NCBI GenBank assembly: GCA_048884965.1
Contig: JBHLQH010000009.1
Span: forward strand, 32,001 to 96,000
Direction of reading: 5' to 3'
DNA length: 64,000 nt
Origin: Candidatus Thorarchaeota archaeon
GTDB taxonomy: Archaea; Asgardarchaeota; Thorarchaeia; Thorarchaeales; Thorarchaeaceae
The notes under the pieces were generated by a model. That model was not told the DNA's origin, did not search any database, and saw nothing but the letters and a program-made list of their open reading frames with translations. Positions 1 through 8,682 of this stretch are shown in pieces. Each line of letters begins with the position of its first letter. The stretch's first letter is position 1. Position numbers and translations under genes: made by a program.

Positions 1-464
1 AGTCACTCTTGAAACGTAACATCCCTGCTGTCATCATCATCCTCTTCATCTCAATGGGTTCGATATTCTATTTCTCACTCGGATCTAATCTCCTTGCTGA
101 CCCCAATACATGTGATGTGACAGGTCTTGTTGACAATCCGTATAGATACAAGCCGTCCGACTTTACGGAATATTCGATTACCATTGAGGCTGAACTCAAT
201 GGTGCATATACTCACATTCCATTGACAAACTATACAGGTGTTCCTTTGAGCATCATTCTATCTGCTGCTAATCCCCGTCTTGATGCAACGGGCCTAAGGG
301 TGACTGCCAGAGATGGATATGTCATGATATTCTCTGACTTGGAGGACGTGATGGCTGATTCTGAACTGATACTCTCTCAGAATGGGGGCGGACTTTGGAT
401 CATTGCAGGGAATTATGATGGATCCTATTGGGTCCAGAAAGTATCCACACTAGAACTCTATTAG
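1..464 (+). CDS. 5'-truncated membrane protein ending in an extracellular Oxidored_molyb (sulfite-oxidase-fold)-like domain; probable substrate-capture component of the adjacent ECF transporter
   Basis: Frame is open to the window edge (tca ctc ttg...). TM helix (IPAVIIILFISMGSIFYF) is followed by YTGVPL...ARDGY...WVQKVSTLE, the same pattern as the repeats in 2803..4278. Confidence 0.55.
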   Translation, partial: SLLKRNIPAVIIILFISMGSIFYFSLGSNLLADPNTCDVTGLVDNPYRYKPSDFTEYSITIEAELNGAYTHIPLTNYTGVPLSIILSAANPRLDATGLRVTARDGYVMIFSDLEDVMADSELILSQNGGGLWIIAGNYDGSYWVQKVSTLELY

Positions 465-473
465 GCGAGGAAT

Positions 474-1931
474 ATGCTAGAAATCAAGAATCTTGCTCTA
501 TCGTATGATGAGAAGAATAGGATCCTTGATGGAATAGATTTCACACTTCACCCTCAGGAAATTGTCATAGTTGGAGGGAAAACTGGTTCAGGGAAGTCCA
601 CTCTGGCACGATGCATCTCCGGATTCATTCAGCCTGAAACTGTCCATTCACTATCTGGGTCAATATGTGTAGATGGGGAGGACATTCTCACTGCTGACAT
701 ATCAAGAATTGCCAGGAATATTGCTCTTGTTCAACAAGATGTAGAGAGTCAGATTTGTACATTGAATGTAGTCGATGAAGTTGCATTCGGTCCCGAGAAT
801 TTTCAGATAGATTCCTCTGAGATTGAGTCATTGATCACAAGTTCACTTCAGTCTGTAGATGCTCATCATCTTCGGAATCGTTCAACCTATGCCCTATCCG
901 GAGGGGAAAAACAAAGAGTAGTGATTGCGTCAATGCTTGCAGGCAGGCCTGATTATCTGGTCTTGGATGAACCAACCTCGAGTTTGGACCCTAAGGGAGT
1001 ACAACAATTGAAGGCACTCTTGTTGCGTCTACGAGATGAGGGTATGGGAATACTGTGCATTGAACATAGCATCACTCAAATGGCATCCATTGCTGATAGG
1101 TTACTAAAGCTACAGACGGGAAAGCTCACAGCAACCCCTCCTTCTGAGATTCAGGCACCTCTCATTGCATATCTGCGACCACACTCTTCTACATCATTTG
1201 AGCCGCTTCTAAGAGCCAACGGGATTAGCTACTCATATGGTAGAAAAAGGGCAGTGGATAACGTAACCCTTGAGTTCTCCAGAGGTGAGATTGTTGCCCT
1301 TATGGGTGATAATGGATCAGGGAAGAGCACCCTGCTTGCTTTACTCTCAGGACTTCTCTCTCCCGACGGGGGAACTATCTTCTTACAAGGGACCTTGATT
1401 AACGAAATGAGCAGGGTCCATATCGCTCGGAGTATGGGGGTCGTATTCCAGAATCCCAATCATCAGATATTCGAGCGTACCGTTTGGCGTGATCAGATAC
1501 TAGGGGTGAGCCTTCTCGAATTGGATCCTGATGAATACCTAGAAGGTGCACGAAGACTCCTGATTGAATCTGGACTTGGTGACAGACTTGAGCAAAATCC
1601 GTTTTCATTAAGCTATGGACAGAAACGACGACTAAATATCACCTCTACCTGCTTTCATTCTCCCGATCTTCTTCTACTTGATGAGCCGTTCATTGGTCAA
1701 GATTCTGAAGGGATTGAGTTCATCGCACAACAACTGCTCAAAGCCCAAGAGGTCGGAGGTACTACTATAATCTCAACACATGACCCATGGTTCGTTTCTC
1801 GATACTGTACACGGCTTATCTTCTTGAAAGAGGGATCCATTCTAGTTGATGGTCCCCCACGTGTTATTCAATCGTGGCTAAGAGAAAATGGGGAGCCGCT
1901 ATATGCAACATCAGGAGTTGGTCTGGAATGA
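474..1931 (+). CDS. ECF transporter duplicated ATPase (EcfA-A' fusion)
   Basis: Two ABC domains: GKTGSGKS / LSGGEKQR / LDEPT and GDNGSGKS / FQNP / LSYGQKRR / LDEP; adjacent T component. Confidence 0.9.
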   Translation: MLEIKNLALSYDEKNRILDGIDFTLHPQEIVIVGGKTGSGKSTLARCISGFIQPETVHSLSGSICVDGEDILTADISRIARNIALVQQDVESQICTLNVVDEVAFGPENFQIDSSEIESLITSSLQSVDAHHLRNRSTYALSGGEKQRVVIASMLAGRPDYLVLDEPTSSLDPKGVQQLKALLLRLRDEGMGILCIEHSITQMASIADRLLKLQTGKLTATPPSEIQAPLIAYLRPHSSTSFEPLLRANGISYSYGRKRAVDNVTLEFSRGEIVALMGDNGSGKSTLLALLSGLLSPDGGTIFLQGTLINEMSRVHIARSMGVVFQNPNHQIFERTVWRDQILGVSLLELDPDEYLEGARRLLIESGLGDRLEQNPFSLSYGQKRRLNITSTCFHSPDLLLLDEPFIGQDSEGIEFIAQQLLKAQEVGGTTIISTHDPWFVSRYCTRLIFLKEGSILVDGPPRVIQSWLRENGEPLYATSGVGLE

Positions 1932-2740
1932 GTTCTGCTATGAACTATACAGAATCCGATTCATTCCTCCATAGATTGAATCCCTTGCTGAAGTTCCTAT
2001 CCCTCCTAATCACTAGCATCAGCATTCTGATAAACCCAAATCTGCTACTTGGTATATTTCTGCTTGGTACAGTCTTACTACTCTTCGTCGCTGCAAAAGA
2101 ACATCCTCAACTCTCTAGGAGAAGGATACGCTTTCTCGTCATCTTCTCCATACTCCTATTCGTCCTTCAGGTACTGATAACAACGAATGGCACAATCCTC
2201 TTCTTCCTCCTTCCTAGCATTGAAGGCAGCTTGCCCCTATTCCCAATCACTACTTTTGGCATTGAGAGAGGTTTGATAATATCGACACGTTTTCTACTCA
2301 TTGTATTCTCAAGCATGCTTTTCGTAGCAGTGACTGATCCTACTCTCCTAGCATACTCTCTAGCAAGAGTAAGAATACCCTATCGCTACGCCTATACCTT
2401 AGTTATTGCACTTCGATTCCTCCCTCTTTTTGATATGGAGAACCAAGTCGTAAGAATGGCTCAAAGGTCTAGGGGGCTCTCCACTAATGTTCGGAGTCTA
2501 CGGAGTATAATGAGAACAGTTAGATTCACATTCTTCCCTCTACTTGTTTCTGCGCTCTCTCGGGTGGACGAATTATCTATCTCTATGGATGGCAGAGGAT
2601 TTGGATCATCAGACCAGCGGAACTACTACCGACAGGCACACTGGAGGTGGATTGATAGCCTTCTCTTGGTTCTGATGCTATCATTCCTGCTTTTCAGCAT
2701 CCTCTCAGCGATTGGGGCTATACCCTTCTTCTCACTTTGA
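1928..2740 (+). CDS. ECF transporter transmembrane T component (EcfT/CbiQ family)
   Basis: SFLHRLNPLLK N-terminus, ALRFLP, AQRSRG and MDGRGF (X-R-X) motifs; ATG at 1928 overlaps the ATPase stop (ATGA). Confidence 0.9.
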   Translation: MSSAMNYTESDSFLHRLNPLLKFLSLLITSISILINPNLLLGIFLLGTVLLLFVAAKEHPQLSRRRIRFLVIFSILLFVLQVLITTNGTILFFLLPSIEGSLPLFPITTFGIERGLIISTRFLLIVFSSMLFVAVTDPTLLAYSLARVRIPYRYAYTLVIALRFLPLFDMENQVVRMAQRSRGLSTNVRSLRSIMRTVRFTFFPLLVSALSRVDELSISMDGRGFGSSDQRNYYRQAHWRWIDSLLLVLMLSFLLFSILSAIGAIPFFSL

Positions 2741-2802
2741 TCTCTATCGTAATCCCAAGACTTTTATCTCGCATCGATAGGCACAGTAAAACATAACGGG
2801 AA

Positions 2803-4278
2803 GTGAAAACGATGAGTACTGGAGGAAACAAGCAACTCTATGCTATCTTGATGGTCGTGGTCATAGTCGCAGCTGGCTCTCTTGCTGCAATCGCGCTATT
2901 GCAGAATCCCGGTTCTGGTAATCCTATCCTAGATATCACAGGATCTGATGATACTACTCATACCCTAACGATGAATGAGCTCCTTTCTCTCACGCCAATC
3001 GAGAGACTCGGATCATACGAGAACTCGTACAATAACACGAGAGGGTTGGGTACATACATTGGAGCAAGGGTTTCTGACATAGTCGCATTGGTAGGTGGTA
3101 TGGATGCCAATGACATCGTTGTAATCAATGCCTCAGATGGCTATTCTCAAACTTTCACCTATGAGAATGTCTATCCAAGTCTAGCACAATATGGAATCCA
3201 AGGCGACATGGTCATAGCCTATTCTTTCAATGGAACCACTATCCCTGACTATGAGGAAGGACCTAGAGTCATGTTCCTACCAGAGGACGGATTCTTCTCA
3301 AATGCAGATGCCTCTGCTGTCATTGACCCTGAGTTCTCCGCTGGGGCCGCAGGACCAAAACTAGTTAGTAATGTCGCAGAGATATCTGTAATGAATAGGC
3401 CCCAACCAGAGGCTGATATCCTTACCATAAAGAGTGGATCTACAACTCTTGGTTATACTCTAAGTGAGATAATGGATTTGCCATCAGAAACTGGACTGGG
3501 AGGCTACAAGAAATCCTCGGGGACTATTGTTGGACCTTTTGAGTATACTGGCGTTTCTGTCGAGTACCTTCTCAATCAGACTGGAATTCTGCCCGTTGAA
3601 TATACCATTGAGGTGATTTCAGATGACGGATATACAACGTACTACAATAGAACTCAAGTTGATGAAGGGGTCTTTGAAGCGTATGATGAGTCAGGGAATC
3701 CGATTGGTCCCCAGGAGTTCACTTTGATCCTTGCCTATGCTGAAGGTGGTAGCCCTCTTCCTGAAGGAGGACCTCTTCGCATCGCGACTCTAAGTGAGGA
3801 CAGCTATCTCTCTGATGGCCACTGGTGGGCCAAATTAGTTGTAAACATCACCCTAATAGATGAAGTTGAGCCTTGGCTATTATCTCTAAGCGGTGTGCAG
3901 GACTGGGAGATGCCCCATGACACCTACTATGCTCTTGCGTCGTGTTCCCACCATCGAACTGAAGTGACATTTGACAGCACTACTTATGCGGGAGTCCCGT
4001 TATGGACCATTGTTTCGTCTATGGATGGTGGTGAGGATGCCCATTATACCTTTAACGTATCCCTCGCAGTTGCTGGATACAATGTGTCGATAATGGATGA
4101 CATCGGCACATCGGTGAACTTAACATCCGTCCAGCTCGCTGGGAATGCGAGTATCGTTATTGCAGGATGGGCAAACGGAACGCTCCTCGAAGGCGGTGAT
4201 TGGCCGCTAATGCTTGTCACCTCTGAGGGGACGATGCTTGGAAATGTGATTCGTATAGAGATGTGGGGCTTTGACTAA
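2803..4278 (+). CDS. Membrane-anchored extracellular protein with three Oxidored_molyb-like repeats; putative substrate-binding protein
   Basis: N-terminal TM anchor; three repeats with YxG[AV]...DG[YT]...[IL]A[YG]..[NE]G...P[LR]; acidic, with NxS/T sequons; TTTTAT box at about 2762. Confidence 0.65.
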   Translation: MKTMSTGGNKQLYAILMVVVIVAAGSLAAIALLQNPGSGNPILDITGSDDTTHTLTMNELLSLTPIERLGSYENSYNNTRGLGTYIGARVSDIVALVGGMDANDIVVINASDGYSQTFTYENVYPSLAQYGIQGDMVIAYSFNGTTIPDYEEGPRVMFLPEDGFFSNADASAVIDPEFSAGAAGPKLVSNVAEISVMNRPQPEADILTIKSGSTTLGYTLSEIMDLPSETGLGGYKKSSGTIVGPFEYTGVSVEYLLNQTGILPVEYTIEVISDDGYTTYYNRTQVDEGVFEAYDESGNPIGPQEFTLILAYAEGGSPLPEGGPLRIATLSEDSYLSDGHWWAKLVVNITLIDEVEPWLLSLSGVQDWEMPHDTYYALASCSHHRTEVTFDSTTYAGVPLWTIVSSMDGGEDAHYTFNVSLAVAGYNVSIMDDIGTSVNLTSVQLAGNASIVIAGWANGTLLEGGDWPLMLVTSEGTMLGNVIRIEMWGFD

Positions 4279-4314
4279 CGAATTCATGAAAGTAAGAAAA
4301 GAAGTAGAATGAAT

Positions 4315-4338
4315 CTGTGCCCTGTATTTGGGGCACAG
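4315..4338 (-). terminator. Hairpin terminator between convergent genes
   Basis: CTGTGCCC-N8-GGGCACAG, followed on the minus strand by a pyrimidine-rich tract downstream of rpl37e. Confidence 0.6.
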
Positions 4339-4349
4339 TCTATACTAGA

Positions 4350-4538
4350 TTATCCTCGAACTCGGACGCCATGGACTTTCTTGTGTGCCCATGCAAATTG
4401 ACGGAGTCTGCTTGAAACCCCAAATCCACATGCAGCGCATCTCTTGTGTCTCACATGATAGGATCTTCTGCCACAACGTCTACATCGAATGTGATGTGGA
4501 TTGTTCTTCTTACCTTTTGAGGGGGTACCTTTTCCCAT
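4350..4538 (-). CDS. rpl37e: 50S ribosomal protein L37e
   Basis: KGTPSKGK...[13 protein letters not shown]...CAACGFG zinc finger; directly downstream of Lsm. Confidence 0.97.
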   Translation of the reverse strand: MGKGTPSKGKKNNPHHIRCRRCGRRSYHVRHKRCAACGFGVSSRLRQFAWAHKKVHGVRVRG

Positions 4539-4552
4539 CGGGTCTTACTCCT

Positions 4553-4810
4553 TTATTTCTTGGCCGTCTTGGGGGGAGGGCTCACAATAACCACATTGTC
4601 CCCACGCACAATCACGGTCTGAATTGATTCGACCGTTTCCTGCTCAGTTTCAGGGTCAATTGCAATCTCTTCAGCATCCTCGAGAATGAGATTCAGGTGT
4701 TGATCGTATCCTCGTAGTTTTCCTTTTAGCTTTCTCCGACCCTTGAGTTCGACAAGAACCTGTGAGCTAAGGGATTTCTGAAGGAGTTCCATAGGTCTAC
4801 CTGCGTTCAA
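4553..4810 (-). CDS. Sm-like (Lsm/SmAP1) RNA-binding protein
   Basis: VLVELKG...GKLRGYDQHLNLIL...IVRGDNVV Sm1/Sm2 motifs; conserved Lsm-rpl37e pair. Start set to TTG 4810, after a GGTGA SD. Confidence 0.93.
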   Translation of the reverse strand: MNAGRPMELLQKSLSSQVLVELKGRRKLKGKLRGYDQHLNLILEDAEEIAIDPETEQETVESIQTVIVRGDNVVIVSPPPKTAKK

Positions 4811-4934
4811 CAAATTCACCAAAGAATCTCGTTCGAGGGCTTGACGACCCACGACGTTGGCGCTAGTCACTTGGCTGGACTTAAAAAGATGACGATGGCT
4901 CCCAAATGTATCATATCAGATCACGAATCTTTCG

Positions 4935-5474
4935 GTGCCTTCAAAAGGGTCCATGGCTAATGACTATTTGATGCCAAAGATTGAGAAGATCAAGAAAAGA
5001 CATCTACTGAAGCGAAAGCAACAGAAAGCAGAGCTTGAGAAGATTGAGAATGCATTGGGCACTACAGTCAATATCGATGATAAGACCCAGCTAGAAACGG
5101 GAGTCTTAGATGATGGTACTCATGTTCTCTTATATCAGAATGAGATTTTATTCTTCGAGAAGGAGGGTAGGCTCTTTCCCACCTTACATGCTTTGCTAAA
5201 GGATATGATCAGAGTTCCAAGGATCGCAGTGGATATGGGTGCGATTCGATTCGTAGTCAACGGTGCAGACATCATGCGACCTGGTGTAATTACGATTGAG
5301 GACACTGTCCGGAAAGATGGTGTTGTTGCAATCGTTGATGAACGACATGGGAAGCCGCTGGCTGTTGGAATCTCGACGATGGATGCAGAAGAGATGCGTG
5401 CATGCACAAAGGGAAAGGTCGTTCTCTCGGCCCACTATGTTAATGATCATCTGTGGGACTTCACAAAGGGCTAG
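4935..5474 (+). CDS. PUA-domain RNA-binding protein (MCT-1/Tma20-like)
   Basis: LFPTL, VDMGAIRFVVNGADIMRPGV, HYVNDHLW. The real start may be a downstream ATG. Confidence 0.88.
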   Translation: MPSKGSMANDYLMPKIEKIKKRHLLKRKQQKAELEKIENALGTTVNIDDKTQLETGVLDDGTHVLLYQNEILFFEKEGRLFPTLHALLKDMIRVPRIAVDMGAIRFVVNGADIMRPGVITIEDTVRKDGVVAIVDERHGKPLAVGISTMDAEEMRACTKGKVVLSAHYVNDHLWDFTKG

Positions 5475-8173
5475 TCCTCATCATCATCCCTTTCTATCTT
5501 CGCCCGTACGTGAGCGAGGGCCGCTTTGTATATTTCCTTGGCATGAGTGATCCCGAGCCCAGAGTTCTTGGCAAACCTGTCCCTGGCGAGTGACTTCTTC
5601 TCAGGGTCTATATCTTTTCTTAGAATATCTGAGATGGACTTGTATCCAGTCGTAAACAGCTTTCTTGCATCGTCCTTTGAGATTGGCTCTGGATAGCCAA
5701 GTTCATTCTCTATTGCCAACTCTAGGATGTCGCTTGCTCCCAAATCTGCCTTCACACCATATTTGAGCTGCGCACTAAAGATCTCCATTCTGCTGGAGAT
5801 TCTGCGTTTATTGAGGAGTCCAAAGTAGGTACTGAGCTTCATCGCGACCTCGCCACAAATGGAGATTAGCGAGTCGAGGTCTCCCTCCTCAATTTCTACA
5901 GTTCCGATGTTCTCGTTGTTGATGACCATATCCCTTCCCTCCTCGTTGGCAATGGATAGCACCTCCGGCATTTGCATCTCACTGATCCAAATCTCTAAGG
6001 CTGTACCTTTAACTCGCATCCTTCCCAGGGTCAGAGCATCGTACCAGCTATCCGGAACCTCGAGTCCTGCCGCGCTAAGTTCGATGCTTGTGGGGTAGGA
6101 GGTCCTTGGCCTAACCATTTGTGCCATGTCGAAGGACAGTGCAATTTCGACTAGTTCTTGATCGGTCACATCTTGAGTCAATGCATCTAGCTTGTCTTTT
6201 ATCTCAAGATATCTGATAATGCCAAGTCCTGACTTGCCTGCAGCAGCGGTATCCTTTGATAGTTTGTAGGCATTTCCTTCTTTATTGAAGGAATCCTTCT
6301 GAATCATCCAGGCAAAGAGAGTATTGTACATCTTCTTGATATCGTCGATATAGTTCTCATAACGAATCGCTCGGAAACTTTCAGACACCTGCTGCAATAC
6401 TGCCTTCTCGAGTTCTGGTAGTGTGAACTTCTTTCCCTTAAGCATCTCGCGAATCATAAGATCTGCTAGGATTGATGGATAGATAGCTCCAGGTCTAATA
6501 GGTTCAAGAGGCTTGTGAAGAAGGGTTTCCTCTAGTTCTTGTACAGTCTGAAAAACTCTTGAAGGATACTCAAAGACAAGATACACAGAACCTCCATGTT
6601 TTGCTAGATGGTACTCTCCGATTCTCCCAGCAATCTGTAAGTATCTGGAACGCACAGACAAGAACCCCATAGCACGATCGAAGAGAATCGTTACACAATC
6701 GAAAGGAAAGCTAATACCAGCAGTTATTCCCGTTGTAGATACTACCGATTTGATTTCACCTGACTTGATCTTCTCTTCCAGCCTCCTACGCACTCCTGAA
6801 CTCAATCCTGCATGATGGAATGCAATACCATTTTTCAGGAATTCGTATAACTCTCCGGCTACAGGTAGTGTTCTATCTTGTCCAACTATGTAGTCCGCGA
6901 GTGAGGGATCCACTTTCCTTGGCCAGTGCCGCGAGAGCACACCAGCGAAAAATACCGCCTGATATCTGGATGATACAACGATTAGGATGGCCTTCTTCTC
7001 AAGGTCACCAAGATGCTCGATAACTGATTCGAGGACATATTCCTTCTGGAGTATGACTTTTTGTGTACCATCACTACTTGCTACTTGTATTCCATCAGCT
7101 TCCTTTGTGACAATATACTCGTCTGGATTGAGTCTGACGCTTGGTCTGAAAATCTTAGCATTCAACCATTTGGCTACGGATTCAGTGTCACCAAATCTTG
7201 ATGAGAGGGTGATGACTTGTGACCTCGATTTCAATAGCGTTACGAGCATGTCAAGTTTGGCACTTCTATCTGTTCCCAGATTACTCGCACTTGCATCCTT
7301 GATAGGAGAATCAAGCTCAGTGAGCTCATCAATTATTGCAAGCTTTACTCTCGATGTCCATTTCTCGCCCTGAAGGACATCTGAGAAGACGGCTTCATAC
7401 ACTCCCACTACGAGATCTGCCTCTTCCAACTCATTTACTGTCACCTGTTGACTACCATCATGGCGTACGACAGAATATCCAAGGTCTCTCAATAGTTCGC
7501 CATACTCATTGATGATTTGTGTATTGAGTGAGAGATATGGGCTGAGATACAAGCATTTCATGCCTTTTTGGAGATTCATTAGGACCGCAACCATTGCTAG
7601 AAATGTCTTCCCCGATCCTGGTGGCATCTGGATGATGATGTTCTCCTCAATGTTTCCTATCTCATTCAGGAACTTATCTTGAGTGGGTAGTAGTCTGATG
7701 TAATTCTTGTGTCGTAATAATAGCTTGGCGGTCTTGAAGAGGTCGGTATCTCTTGAAGAAGGACCTATCATTCCATCCATTGCGGATAGTGCTAGTCTTC
7801 CTTCGTGAGTAATCATGAAGGTTCGTTGTTTTTTCCCCTTGCTTCCCAATGCCTGAACATACCCTGCTTTCACGAGCTTATTCATGCTCTCATACAAGGT
7901 CCCTCCTGCAGAGAACTTCTGTCGCACTCTGTCAAACTTGACCTTCTCTGCAGATCTCTCTCCTTTTGGCACCGGTTTGGGTCTTTCATGTCCCATAGTA
8001 GATAGAATACCATCTACGATCTCATCCCATCCCATCTCCGGGATAATATCTCCAGATGCAGGACTTAGAATTTGGAGAATCTCAATGGCATAGCGATTGC
8101 CCAACGACCGAAGATTCTTCCTCAAATCATCAAGCTCATTTTCCTCAATCCTAATCGCAGGCATTACTTCCAC
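5471..8173 (-). CDS. Hel308/Ski2-like SF2 helicase paralogue with N-terminal wHTH and degenerate motifs II/III/VI
   Basis: Q motif LLPTQ, Walker A PPGSGKT, IIDELT, GIAFHHAGL, QIAGRIGE, C-terminal HhH-like ARKLFTTGY. Confidence 0.8.
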   Translation of the reverse strand: MEVMPAIRIEENELDDLRKNLRSLGNRYAIEILQILSPASGDIIPEMGWDEIVDGILSTMGHERPKPVPKGERSAEKVKFDRVRQKFSAGGTLYESMNKLVKAGYVQALGSKGKKQRTFMITHEGRLALSAMDGMIGPSSRDTDLFKTAKLLLRHKNYIRLLPTQDKFLNEIGNIEENIIIQMPPGSGKTFLAMVAVLMNLQKGMKCLYLSPYLSLNTQIINEYGELLRDLGYSVVRHDGSQQVTVNELEEADLVVGVYEAVFSDVLQGEKWTSRVKLAIIDELTELDSPIKDASASNLGTDRSAKLDMLVTLLKSRSQVITLSSRFGDTESVAKWLNAKIFRPSVRLNPDEYIVTKEADGIQVASSDGTQKVILQKEYVLESVIEHLGDLEKKAILIVVSSRYQAVFFAGVLSRHWPRKVDPSLADYIVGQDRTLPVAGELYEFLKNGIAFHHAGLSSGVRRRLEEKIKSGEIKSVVSTTGITAGISFPFDCVTILFDRAMGFLSVRSRYLQIAGRIGEYHLAKHGGSVYLVFEYPSRVFQTVQELEETLLHKPLEPIRPGAIYPSILADLMIREMLKGKKFTLPELEKAVLQQVSESFRAIRYENYIDDIKKMYNTLFAWMIQKDSFNKEGNAYKLSKDTAAAGKSGLGIIRYLEIKDKLDALTQDVTDQELVEIALSFDMAQMVRPRTSYPTSIELSAAGLEVPDSWYDALTLGRMRVKGTALEIWISEMQMPEVLSIANEEGRDMVINNENIGTVEIEEGDLDSLISICGEVAMKLSTYFGLLNKRRISSRMEIFSAQLKYGVKADLGASDILELAIENELGYPEPISKDDARKLFTTGYKSISDILRKDIDPEKKSLARDRFAKNSGLGITHAKEIYKAALAHVRAKIERDDDED

Positions 8174-8281
8174 TCACAGATACCGAGTAATCCAAGGTAA
8201 AATCTGTTTCGAGAGCCTAATAGATAATACTCGCTCTTTTCTTTGCATTTGATTCAACTAGAAACGAAGAGGTGAATCCAT

Positions 8282-8677
8282 GTGAGATTCCTGTTCAGAC
8301 GCAAAGGCGAAGAAAACGAATCGGATGGAACTGATAGATCGACACATTCTGGTCTGGGAATATTCTCTCCTCTGACCGAACCTGTACAACCTGATCCCCT
8401 GCATGAATGCAGACGACTTGCAGAGTTGAACGAGATATTCATTCGATCAAAGAGCCTAATGTCCTTGGATGATGTACCCTTCATTGTAGATCAAATCCGA
8501 AATGGCAACATCGTACTTCTGGATATTAAACGCCTTAATGATGGACGTGAGCAGACACACTTGGAGCTCAAGCGAATAATAGAGAGGATTCGAGGTGAAA
8601 CCCGTAGCTATAGAGCTGATATCGCCTTAGTGAACGATTCCACAGTCATTGTGGCTCCATCATTTGTTCGTTTCTGA
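8282..8677 (+). CDS. sepF: Cell division protein SepF
   Basis: Basic amphipathic N-terminus; DDVPFIVDQIRNGNIVLLDI...ELKRIIE...VIVAPSFVR core. Confidence 0.85.
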   Translation: MRFLFRRKGEENESDGTDRSTHSGLGIFSPLTEPVQPDPLHECRRLAELNEIFIRSKSLMSLDDVPFIVDQIRNGNIVLLDIKRLNDGREQTHLELKRIIERIRGETRSYRADIALVNDSTVIVAPSFVRF

Positions 8678-8682
8678 TGGAT

